DNA of 52,441 nucleotides from a virus. Taxonomy: Duplodnaviria; Caudoviricetes. Below, in pieces: positions 37,612 to 46,358 of the stretch. Below the pieces are notes generated by a model. That model was not told the origin of the DNA and ran no database searches. It was given only the letters and a program-made list of their open reading frames with translations. Both the position numbers and the translations under genes were made by a program. The stretch spans positions 1 through 52,441 of IMG/VR virus record IMGVR_UViG_3300030333_005141, one strand, 5' to 3'. Each line of letters starts with the position of its first letter. Position 1 is the first letter of the stretch.

Positions 37612-37879
37612 TATAACCTCAAATCGCTACCTATAGGCAGAGTTTGCTACTTATGGACATACATAAGTTTAATTGGTGGATTTCCAACAAGCCGAATTAT
37701 AGGATTTTGCCCTATTTATGCTCAATGAGGTTATAATGTTATATCTAATGCGCATTGCAGAGTTCCAGGCGCGACCTGGGGATCATTTTACACTATTCGG
37801 TTCAACCCAAATAGTAACCGCTCTGCAATTCTTTACTTCTAAATTTTGAGCAGTTTTTACCATGTCGTGCTCAGGACAA
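37612..37879. ncRNA. Two multibranch elements plus an H-type pseudoknot
   Basis: TATAACCTCA 37612-21/37726-35 enclosing three hairpins; ATTGCAGAG 37754-62/37821-29 enclosing two hairpins; pseudoknot at 37847-37879. Confidence 0.5.
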
Positions 37880-37890
37880 GTTTACACAAG

Positions 37891-38115
37891 TTACATTGTG
37901 CGAGGGTTTATGAATAGTTTTCTTGCCCATTTATACCTCTTTCGTAACTTATTTACAATTGCCATTTGAATATAGAATTGTACTACGATAAAAGGTAATG
38001 AGATGCCAACTATGAGAATGCTTTTGAGTATAAATACCCAATACATTGGTGGTGTGATTTTGTACCAAAATGCTAATGCTGATAAACTAATGAATATTTT
38101 AAAAATCTTTTTCAT
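37891..38115 (-). CDS. Small membrane protein
   Basis: Two hydrophobic segments and a basic C-terminus. Confidence 0.6.
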   Translation of the reverse strand: MKKIFKIFISLSALAFWYKITPPMYWVFILKSILIVGISLPFIVVQFYIQMAIVNKLRKRYKWARKLFINPRTM

Positions 38116-38251
38116 TATGTTCCCCCTTGATTAGTTTAACTGCTTCGCGTTGTGCTTGCGGTACAGTAGTAATTTCGTTTGTTTCATTTACCCTACAAAC
38201 TACATTACCGAATTGGTCTACTGTTAAAAAGAAGTTTCCTGTATCAGTCAT
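38099..38251 (-). CDS. Hypothetical protein (50 aa, not in ORF track)
   Basis: MTDTGNFFLTVDQFGNVVCRV...; overlaps the next gene start; weak SD. Confidence 0.45.
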   Translation of the reverse strand: MTDTGNFFLTVDQFGNVVCRVNETNEITTVPQAQREAVKLIKGEHNEKDF

Positions 38252-38377
38252 AAATGGCCTGCCTTTCTATGTTTTATTAATAGTTAATAGTAACTGCTGT
38301 TAAGTCTGTATATCTTTTAAAAAACCTTGTTTATGTGTACTAAAAGACTAATATAGCACTAAGTAATAGGTAGTTAA

Positions 38378-38406
38378 AAAGGGGATAATAGATTTTACCC
38401 CCTTTA
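38378..38406 (-). terminator. Probable intrinsic terminator after the first early gene
   Basis: AAAGGGG...CCCCTTT hairpin; on the minus strand the stem is followed by a T run. Confidence 0.55.
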
Positions 38407-38423
38407 TGCTAATGAAACCTAAA

Positions 38424-38837
38424 CTACCTTAAATCTGCTAATGTTACAGAAGAGTAGTCAATCGTCTCAGGTTGTGGACGAAATATAACGGTATAGCATT
38501 CTACATCAGTGCCGTTATGCTTTTTCGTCCTTACAGGTGATACAGACGATTGATTATAAGGCTTATCGGCTATATGCTGTAGTTTAGGATTCATACCCAA
38601 GAACATCTGAACTGCTTTTACAGATAATGTTGTTTCATCTTTAAGTTCAGATGTAGATAACACAGTAATAGCAATATTGTTAGAGTATTCATCAGAGAAT
38701 ACAATCTTATCGTGCTGTTTAGTTACAGGATTGTATTCATATTTCACTTGGTTGCCGTCCATTTCAGGCTTATTAGTATTGCGTACTGAAAGAATACCAA
38801 GTGAATTGTTAAGATGTGATTTATTAGTATTTGACAT
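38424..38837 (-). CDS. Hypothetical protein, first gene of the minus-strand arm
   Basis: 137-aa ORF with AGGA SD, adjacent to the divergent non-coding region. Confidence 0.65.
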   Translation of the reverse strand: MSNTNKSHLNNSLGILSVRNTNKPEMDGNQVKYEYNPVTKQHDKIVFSDEYSNNIAITVLSTSELKDETTLSVKAVQMFLGMNPKLQHIADKPYNQSSVSPVRTKKHNGTDVECYTVIFRPQPETIDYSSVTLADLR

Positions 38838-39207
38838 TGTTTTGTCCTATTCTACTACATTCAAAACAATGGGCAAGGGTGTTAAGATGTAGTTGTTATT
38901 TGTATGTATTAATATCTGCCCAAGCAGATGTTGGCCTGCTTTTAATAGTCTACCCCGTAAGTGAGCGTTACAAATTAGATTGAACAAGAGCAACGGCTAA
39001 ACTCAACGGCTGAGGAAGGCGGCAATCTAATTTTAACGGGAGTGGGGGGTCGGTATATCACGTACACAGATTCTAGGGCAATTTTTTACAAATGCACTTT
39101 TCAACGCAAAAAGGGCTATTTTAGGCAAGATCAGTGCAAAACAAGGGTTAAGGTACCCCTGAAATATTTTTTATATAAAAACCCACGATTGCAGTAATAT
39201 AATTTGT

Positions 39208-39237
39208 TTGCAATAGTCATTTAAATAGTGGTATATT
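39208..39237 (+). promoter_or_regulatory. Sigma70-like promoter for the late arm
   Basis: TTGCAA-N18-TATATT with extended -10 TG; same architecture at 42948-42977. Confidence 0.45.
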
Positions 39238-39263
39238 ACTATACATTCCCGCGGTCGTTAACC

Positions 39264-39300
39264 TAAACTGTAGTTTACTACTGATATAAACTGTAGTTTA
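39264..39300. repeat. Tandem near-palindromic 14-mers TAAACTGTAGTTTA (operator-like)
   Basis: Exact copies at 39264-77 and 39287-300, 23-nt period, just downstream of the predicted promoter. Confidence 0.7.
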
Positions 39301-39442
39301 TTAACAGATTATTATATTTCAAGGTATAGAGTAGTTATGAGCTATAAACCGCTAAAAACAGACAATATTAAGGTTAAATGGGATACTAGTATTCCTGTTG
39401 ATAATGTTCGTACATATCCAAAAACTGATAAAAGGAAGAAAA

Positions 39443-39838
39443 ATGCCTAGATTTGGTAAAAGAAGTAGAAATAACCTAGCAACCTGTGATGAAAGGTTAC
39501 AAAAGGTATTTAATGAAGTAATTAAACATGTAGATTGTAGTGTAATAGAGGGTCATAGAAGTGGTGAAAGACAAGATAAATTATTTGAAGAGGGTAAAAC
39601 TAAGGTTAAGTACCCCAATGGTCGTCATAACGCTAATCCAAGTAGGGCTGTTGATGTGGTGCCTTATCCTATCGATTGGAATGATAGAGAACGGTTTCAT
39701 CTTTTCGCTGGTTTTGTGCTTGGTATTGCTAAGTCTATGGAGATAAACTTAAGATGGGGAGGAGACTGGGATCAGGACTGGTATGTTCATGATAACAGAT
39801 TTGATGATTTTCCTCATTTTGAACTAAAAGATGTATGA
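39443..39838 (+). CDS. Endolysin, peptidase M15 family (L-Ala-D-Glu peptidase-like)
   Basis: EGHRS..RQ, RHN...SRAVD, WGGDW, DFPHFEL; ATG 39443 with AAGGA SD. Confidence 0.92.
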   Translation: MPRFGKRSRNNLATCDERLQKVFNEVIKHVDCSVIEGHRSGERQDKLFEEGKTKVKYPNGRHNANPSRAVDVVPYPIDWNDRERFHLFAGFVLGIAKSMEINLRWGGDWDQDWYVHDNRFDDFPHFELKDV

Positions 39839-40601
39839 AATAAGCATTAAACACAAAGGACAAGGTAAGGTAACTTACAATGTCTATACTAAAGATGAGG
39901 CTGATAAAGAGAATGTTAGATACACTTACTGGAAAAAGGCCGAAAAAGGCGACTATGCGCTCACTGATGATAACTATGTGGGAAAAGTCATCCAAAAGAA
40001 ACGTTATAATGGAAATAATGGTGTTGAGTCTTATTACGTGCGTATGCCTTTTGGGTACGCCTTTCATTCTCCTAAGTATCCTAATCAAAAACTTAAAGCG
40101 AATGGTAGAATATCTAATCATACGTTGTCTGGGAAACCTCAATTAGAAGTTAGAAAAGGTACACAGGAGTGGAAAAACCTAGCAATGGTATATAGTGTCT
40201 GTTTTAATATGGATTTAGCAATAGACGCTGTATATGACAATCCAACGGCAAATAAGATAAGAACTGCAAAAAGATGGATGAAAACACAGGAGTTTAAAAG
40301 CATGGTTAAAGACGAATTAAAAGAAGTATTAGCGGAGAAAGGTTACAATAGATCAAAAACTATTGATTTATTAACCGAAGGTCTAGAAATGGCCAAAGTT
40401 AAGAATGATGTTACTAATTATTTAAGAGTTGTAGAGAATTTACAGGATATGCTTGGTATGAAGGATAAAACTGTAACTAAAACTACTACACAATTAGAAG
40501 CTACAGCAACTAGAAAGCTTTTAGATGAAATAAATGAAGAAGAACAGCATTTAAAGGGTACGCAAACCAAGATAGAGGCTAAAACAAGCACTGATGAGTA
40601 A
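39831..40601 (+). CDS. Putative terminase small subunit / DNA-binding protein
   Basis: Helical HTH-like centre and C-terminal oligomerisation-type helices; upstream of TerL. Confidence 0.45.
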   Translation: MYEISIKHKGQGKVTYNVYTKDEADKENVRYTYWKKAEKGDYALTDDNYVGKVIQKKRYNGNNGVESYYVRMPFGYAFHSPKYPNQKLKANGRISNHTLSGKPQLEVRKGTQEWKNLAMVYSVCFNMDLAIDAVYDNPTANKIRTAKRWMKTQEFKSMVKDELKEVLAEKGYNRSKTIDLLTEGLEMAKVKNDVTNYLRVVENLQDMLGMKDKTVTKTTTQLEATATRKLLDEINEEEQHLKGTQTKIEAKTSTDE

Positions 40602-41346
40602 AAAAACTAAAGTAAATGATGCTGATTTAAAATTACAAGCATTAATAGATGCGTGGAATAATAGAGATGAAGATGCTGGTTCTAATGTAGATCAATGGAA
40701 AGGCATTGTTAGAGACCAACGTTTAAAAACAATTGCTGACGACTATTATACGCATAGTGATAGTTTATATACTCCTAATGAAGTGTATAATGTTATGAGA
40801 GACCTTCATATATTTGGTGGTGACCCCTATATTAATAAAAAGCAAAAAACTGATTATTTCGATCAAAAAGACTCTAGAGGCGATTATGTAACGCGACCCA
40901 CATATAGTCATGGAGGTAGAACATATGGTTTACCAGATGACGGTTTTATACCACCAGACGGCCAACCTTATTGGATGACCAATCGTGATGTAAGAGATAC
41001 TTTGAATATTCCTTTAAATTTTGATGCTTATAGTGCTGAATTTGGAGGGCATGGTCTACCTCAATTTTCTAATCCTACTTATGATGACTGGACTAGAGAT
41101 AGCTTAAGTTATGAAGCAGTTAGACAAAATAAGCTTTATGGAGACTATGATCAACCAGGTGGAGGTAAATATAACTATCAAGGTGGCATAGAAGATCAGG
41201 CTCATTTTGGTGACCATACTTATGATCAAGGTACAGTTCCTATTAAAGGTGCTCCAGGTAGTAATGAAAATGTTTATTATAACCTTCTTCAGTATGGATT
41301 AAAGGATGTATATGGACCAAGAACTGAAATACCTGAAGTAGAATGA
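40594..41346 (+). CDS. Hypothetical protein (possible degenerate zincin-like)
   Basis: D/G/Y-rich; AEFGGH...Q...Y..PG...E.QAH. Confidence 0.55.
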   Translation: MSKKTKVNDADLKLQALIDAWNNRDEDAGSNVDQWKGIVRDQRLKTIADDYYTHSDSLYTPNEVYNVMRDLHIFGGDPYINKKQKTDYFDQKDSRGDYVTRPTYSHGGRTYGLPDDGFIPPDGQPYWMTNRDVRDTLNIPLNFDAYSAEFGGHGLPQFSNPTYDDWTRDSLSYEAVRQNKLYGDYDQPGGGKYNYQGGIEDQAHFGDHTYDQGTVPIKGAPGSNENVYYNLLQYGLKDVYGPRTEIPEVE

Positions 41347-41480
41347 AAAGCACACAAAGAGTCAAAATAGAAACACCTATAGGATCTATCGAAAGCGATA
41401 GTGGTAGTCACTTTATCGATGTATTAACAGTGTTGCTTGTAATAGTTGTTATATATTTTCTCAGGAAACTCATTAAATGA
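41343..41480 (+). CDS. Small membrane protein (45 aa, not in ORF track)
   Basis: ATGA overlaps at both ends; C-terminal helix VLTVLLVIVVIYFL. Confidence 0.65.
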   Translation: MKSTQRVKIETPIGSIESDSGSHFIDVLTVLLVIVVIYFLRKLIK

Positions 41481-42967
41481 ACTATGAAGAAGTCTACGCT
41501 AAGAAGCAAGCTCTTAAAAAGCTATTTAGCAATATTGCATTATTTGGGCGTACTTGCTTTCCTACTGCTCTTAGAAAGGCTACTCCACCTTTTCATCATG
41601 AAATTTATACTGCATTAAGAAATAGAAAACAAAAAAGAGTATTAATAGCTGCGCCTCGTGGTACTGCTAAATCTACAGTAACCAGCCTACTCCTTCCACT
41701 ACACCGCATAGCTTTTAAACACCAAGATGACGAGGAGTTCATCGTTATTATATCAGAATCACAGGCACAGTCTATTAATTTCTTATCACGTATTAAATAT
41801 CATTTAACTCATAGCGATAGATTTAAAGAACTTTTTGGTGATTTGGGGCCAAATACTGCTAAAAGATGGACAGCAACAGATGTTGTTACCGCTAATGGCG
41901 TTAGGATAGTAGCTGTAGGTACAGGACAAAGAGTTAGAGGTTTTATTGAAGGAGATACACGTCCTACACTTATTATAGTTGATGACTTTGAGTCGGAATT
42001 AAATGCATTTACACAAGAAGCTAGAGCAAAAAACAGGAAATGGATGACAGAAGCTGTAATACCATCATTATCTGATGACGGTAGGATAGTTATGATTGGT
42101 ACAGTTATATCAGAAGATTGTTTTCTTTATTGGGCAAAAGATTCTCCAGCATGGAAAACATTATGGTATTCTATTATAGAAGAAGACGGAACTCCTATAT
42201 GGCCAGAAAGATTCCCAGAAAGTAGAATTGCTCAAATAAAAGAAGAGTATAGCTCAGTAGGTAATATAAATGGATTCTATCAGGAGTATATGAATATTGC
42301 TCAATCTCCAGACGAGGCTCCCTTTAAACCAGAATGGATTAAACTTTACCAGCACACCTTCGAACGAAGAGAAGGTACTCCTTGTTTGGTGAAAGAAACA
42401 GGAGATGGCGAAGAAGTCATCCCTGTAGAGGTCTATGGAGGAGTAGACCCCGCATCTTCATTATCAGCAAGAGCAGACTTTTTTGTAATAGTAACAATAG
42501 GTATTGATTTTGAAGGAAACAAATATCTTATAGATCTATATAGGAAGCATGTTTCCCCAGCAGAACAACCAGATATTATTATAAATAAGTTTAAAAAGTT
42601 TAGACACCGTAAAATGAAAATTGAAACGGTGGCTTATCAGGAAGCCCTCAGGGCAGCCTGTAAGAAACGAATGTTAGAAGAGAATTTATACATTCCAGGA
42701 TTAGAAAAAGGTGTTAAACCTAGAACTCGTAAGAGTGAAAGGTTGCTATCATTAGTTCCTATGTTTGCTAAAGGCGAATTTTACTTTAGAAGTCAAGATA
42801 CAGAGGCACAAGCAGAGTTTTTATCTTACCCTAAAGGTAAACACGATGATGTTATGGATGCTGTGTGGACAGCTCTGGAAGGTTCTAGGCCATCTAGAAT
42901 CAAATCTTTAGATGGAGAAGAAAAAAAAGGAAAGCTAAAGAAAGTTCTTGATTGGATGACACTATAA
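41477..42967 (+). CDS. terL: Terminase large subunit
   Basis: Walker A APRGTAKST, Walker B IIVDDFE, motif III IGT, nuclease GVDPA and HDDVMDA. Confidence 0.95.
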   Translation: MNYEEVYAKKQALKKLFSNIALFGRTCFPTALRKATPPFHHEIYTALRNRKQKRVLIAAPRGTAKSTVTSLLLPLHRIAFKHQDDEEFIVIISESQAQSINFLSRIKYHLTHSDRFKELFGDLGPNTAKRWTATDVVTANGVRIVAVGTGQRVRGFIEGDTRPTLIIVDDFESELNAFTQEARAKNRKWMTEAVIPSLSDDGRIVMIGTVISEDCFLYWAKDSPAWKTLWYSIIEEDGTPIWPERFPESRIAQIKEEYSSVGNINGFYQEYMNIAQSPDEAPFKPEWIKLYQHTFERREGTPCLVKETGDGEEVIPVEVYGGVDPASSLSARADFFVIVTIGIDFEGNKYLIDLYRKHVSPAEQPDIIINKFKKFRHRKMKIETVAYQEALRAACKKRMLEENLYIPGLEKGVKPRTRKSERLLSLVPMFAKGEFYFRSQDTEAQAEFLSYPKGKHDDVMDAVWTALEGSRPSRIKSLDGEEKKGKLKKVLDWMTL

Positions 42968-42977
42968 TAAGTATATT
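42948..42977 (+). promoter_or_regulatory. Possible internal sigma70-like promoter upstream of portal
   Basis: TTGATT-N18-TATATT, same layout as 39208-39237. Confidence 0.3.
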
Positions 42978-43012
42978 ACATTGATTAGGTGAATCTAATT
43001 AAGGGGGTTTAA

Positions 43013-45376
43013 TTGGCATATAAGAGCAAAAAAGGCTCAAAAAAGATCGCAGAGGAAACGAAGCGATTATTTGACTTATATAAAAGAAAAAGAGAACATT
43101 GGGAAACTCAAGCTAGAGAAGACCAAGAATATAGACTTGGTAGACAATGGACTCAAGAGCAAGAAAAAGTTTTAAAATCTAGAGGGCAAGCCCCTATAGT
43201 TGTTAATAGAATACATCCAGCAGTAGAAACTGCAAAAGCAATGCTTTCTGCTAACAGACCATCATTTAAAGTGTCCCCAAGAGAAGATAGTGATACAAAA
43301 GTAGCAAACGTATTAAACGCCCTTTTATCTTATATGTACGATTTATCAGATGGTAGATCAGTTATAAGACAAGCTATTGATGATTACTATGTAACAGGTT
43401 TGGGATATGTAATGGTATATCAAAATCCACAAGCTGATGATGGAAAAGGTGAAGTTATGATAAAAGACATCGACCCCTTAGATGTCTATGTTGATCCTAA
43501 TTGTAGAGATATGTTTTTTGATGATGCAGAAAACATAATTATATCTAGAAACTTTACAAAAGAACAAGCTAAAGCATTGTATCCTCAATACGAAAACGCC
43601 ATTGATGCTGCAACTGGCTCTTACGAGTCTGACCAAATCTTTACAGGAAATACAGATAATACAGGTCTTACTTTTCCTGGAGATGTTGATACATTGGAAT
43701 CTGATGGAGAATCTGAATATGTTAGAGGTTATGAAAGATACTATAAAGTGTCTGAAAATATGTATAGAGTTTTTGAACGATATACTGGAAAAGAGTACAG
43801 ATTCGATGAAGAAGAGTTTCAACAATACATCAATCAATCAATTGGTATGCTCAATGGCGAAATATTTGAAGGTGACGCAATACAGCAAAAACAAGATCAT
43901 ACGAATGAATTAAAAAATACTGTAATGGAACAATCTCTTCAGGTTATAAATGAAGATATTCATAGAATGCAAGAAGAATTGGAAGTTTCTTATATCGAAA
44001 GAGAAAAAGAACTAACAGAAATGATGCAACAAGGTATGATTGTTCCAGAAAGAGCAGAATTAGAACTAGCAAATTTAAGAGAAGCTATTGATAAACAAGT
44101 TGATGATACAAAAACTGAAGCAATGGCTCAAGCTGGTCAAGCTGCTGAATTACCAGAAATTGAAATAATGACTAAAGCTCACCTTGTTAAAGAAGGTATG
44201 ATAGAAGTTGTTCCAATTTCTGTTAGATTAGTTAAACAATGTGTTGTAATAGGAGATAAACATATCTATTCAAGGATATTACCTACTAGTAATTATCCAA
44301 TAGTTCCTGTAGTTAACTTACATACTAGAACTCCATTTCCAATGAGTGATGTTAGAATGGTTAAAGGTTTACAGGATTTTATCAACAAAACAAGGTCGCT
44401 TATTATTGCTCATGCTACAACATCTACAAATATGAAGGTATTAGTTCCTTCTGGTAGTGTAGATATGGCTGAGTTTGAAGAAAAATGGGCACAACCTGGT
44501 GTTGGTATAGAAGTGGATTTCGATATGGGGCAACCTGTAGTTGCTAGTCCTTCTCCATTACCTAACGAACTATATCATAATGAACAGACGGCCAAAAACG
44601 ACATTGACCATCAGCTCGGTCTTTATGAAATGATGATGGGTAACTCACAAGCTGCCCCACAGACTTACAAAGCTACTATATCTTTGGATGAGTTTGGGCA
44701 AAGAAAAATTAAATCAAAATTAGCTGATATTGAAGGAGCATTAACTAGAGTAGCTAAAATTTCTATTCAAATGATGCAAGAACTATATCAGGAAGAAAAA
44801 ATATTTAGAGTTGTTCAAGCAAACAATTCTATTAGTGAATATGCAATAAATAAAAAATTATATGACGATAAAACTGATGAAATCAAAATTGCTAACGATA
44901 TAACTGTTGGTAAATATGATGTAGTATACGTATCAGGTTCAACACTTCCAAGTAATAGATATGCGGAACTTGAATTTTATATGGATGCCTACTCTAAAGG
45001 TTTAGTTGATCGTCAAGAAGTATTGAAGAAAACAGAAGTTTTCGATATGGAAGGAGTCCTTGAGAGAACCGATACTATAGCACAACTTGAGCAACAACTC
45101 GCAGAAGCGACAGAGCAAATCAAAGATTTATCTGGAGATATGCAAACGCTTACTAGAGAAAATGTTCACCTCAAACAAAAAGTTGAAGTTGAGAAGTTTA
45201 AATCTGATTTAGACAACACTTCAAATAAAGCTAAATTAGCGGGCACTCTATTTGAAAAAAGACTAGATGATAATTTATCTATGCTTAAAAAGGAGTTCAC
45301 TGATGCCGCCAAAGAAAATAAACCAGACGCACCTTCTTCAGCATCAAAGAAGCCGTCTAAAAAGAGGAAAAAATAG
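43013..45376 (+). CDS. Portal protein (P22-like podovirus type)
   Basis: G.QW...L..RGQ.P...NRI.P, G.GY, VYVDP, YP.VP, KGLQDFINK..S, GKYDV and a C-terminal coiled-coil barrel; follows terL. Confidence 0.9.
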   Translation: MAYKSKKGSKKIAEETKRLFDLYKRKREHWETQAREDQEYRLGRQWTQEQEKVLKSRGQAPIVVNRIHPAVETAKAMLSANRPSFKVSPREDSDTKVANVLNALLSYMYDLSDGRSVIRQAIDDYYVTGLGYVMVYQNPQADDGKGEVMIKDIDPLDVYVDPNCRDMFFDDAENIIISRNFTKEQAKALYPQYENAIDAATGSYESDQIFTGNTDNTGLTFPGDVDTLESDGESEYVRGYERYYKVSENMYRVFERYTGKEYRFDEEEFQQYINQSIGMLNGEIFEGDAIQQKQDHTNELKNTVMEQSLQVINEDIHRMQEELEVSYIEREKELTEMMQQGMIVPERAELELANLREAIDKQVDDTKTEAMAQAGQAAELPEIEIMTKAHLVKEGMIEVVPISVRLVKQCVVIGDKHIYSRILPTSNYPIVPVVNLHTRTPFPMSDVRMVKGLQDFINKTRSLIIAHATTSTNMKVLVPSGSVDMAEFEEKWAQPGVGIEVDFDMGQPVVASPSPLPNELYHNEQTAKNDIDHQLGLYEMMMGNSQAAPQTYKATISLDEFGQRKIKSKLADIEGALTRVAKISIQMMQELYQEEKIFRVVQANNSISEYAINKKLYDDKTDEIKIANDITVGKYDVVYVSGSTLPSNRYAELEFYMDAYSKGLVDRQEVLKKTEVFDMEGVLERTDTIAQLEQQLAEATEQIKDLSGDMQTLTRENVHLKQKVEVEKFKSDLDNTSNKAKLAGTLFEKRLDDNLSMLKKEFTDAAKENKPDAPSSASKKPSKKRKK

Positions 45377-45378
45377 CA

Positions 45379-46347
45379 ATGGAAGCTAATAATAATACGG
45401 CTCCTGTGCCTGAAATTGAACAGGATTTACAGGATACCCCAACAACTAATGATAACTCATTTAATGATATGTTAGGATTACCTAATACAACAGAAGAAAC
45501 GGCCCCTCCTAAACACGAGGATACCCAACAACTTATTGAGAAAGAAGTAGCACCTCAACAAGATTTTTCTAATAATGAAGTCCCTAATAATAATGACCAA
45601 GTGAGGTATCAATATTGGCAGTCTAAAGCTGCTAAATTGCAGAATGAATTACAAGCTGTTAAAGATTATGCACCTATGGTGGATTATCTTCGTAACAATC
45701 CAGAGGCCGTACAGAACCTAACTCCAGGTGGTAAAGCACCTGAAGGTCAAGTACCCCAAAGTCAAGAGCAAGAGGAGTTTCCTCCTCCACCTGCTAAACC
45801 TGAGCAACCTGCTGGATTCTCAAGAGAGGAAGCTTTTAGTGATCCTGCAAGTGCATCTGCAAAACATTTAGATGAAGTTGAAAAATGGCGCGATGATATG
45901 CAACAATATAATCAACTAGCATCTCAATATGAAATTGCAGTAATGCGCGAAAATTACAACCAAAAGCTCGATAAATTCGAAAAGTTAGAGTTAGAGAGAA
46001 AAGCTTATGCTGAAAATGCTAAAAAAATGAATGATGTGAGACATTATGTTCATTCAAATTATGATTTAGGTGACAATGTAGATGATTTTATCAATACAAT
46101 GAATGATCCTAATTCATTAAATATGGATGAGCTTGTTGCTTACTATAAATTCAAAAAAGGAATGGTAGCACCTACTAATGTAAATAATGCTACAGCTCCT
46201 TCAAGTAATTTTCAGCAAGTAAAAAGAGCACAGTCTGTACCAACACCTATGGGGGTTCAGCCAGCTCAAAGTAACGCTCCTACTGACGCTAGTGAAGGAT
46301 TTATGGATTTGCTTATTAATAATGACAAACACAACAATATCCTTTAA
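45379..46347 (+). CDS. Capsid scaffolding protein
   Basis: Acidic, P/Q-rich, coiled-coil; between portal and capsid. Confidence 0.7.
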   Translation: MEANNNTAPVPEIEQDLQDTPTTNDNSFNDMLGLPNTTEETAPPKHEDTQQLIEKEVAPQQDFSNNEVPNNNDQVRYQYWQSKAAKLQNELQAVKDYAPMVDYLRNNPEAVQNLTPGGKAPEGQVPQSQEQEEFPPPPAKPEQPAGFSREEAFSDPASASAKHLDEVEKWRDDMQQYNQLASQYEIAVMRENYNQKLDKFEKLELERKAYAENAKKMNDVRHYVHSNYDLGDNVDDFINTMNDPNSLNMDELVAYYKFKKGMVAPTNVNNATAPSSNFQQVKRAQSVPTPMGVQPAQSNAPTDASEGFMDLLINNDKHNNIL

Positions 46348-46358
46348 GGAGGAATAAA

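Noticed and set aside
37754-37829. tRNA gene (76 nt, contains GGTTCAACCC)
   Set aside because: Only two internal arms, no proper anticodon arm or D-loop GG, no CCA; kept as a generic structured element
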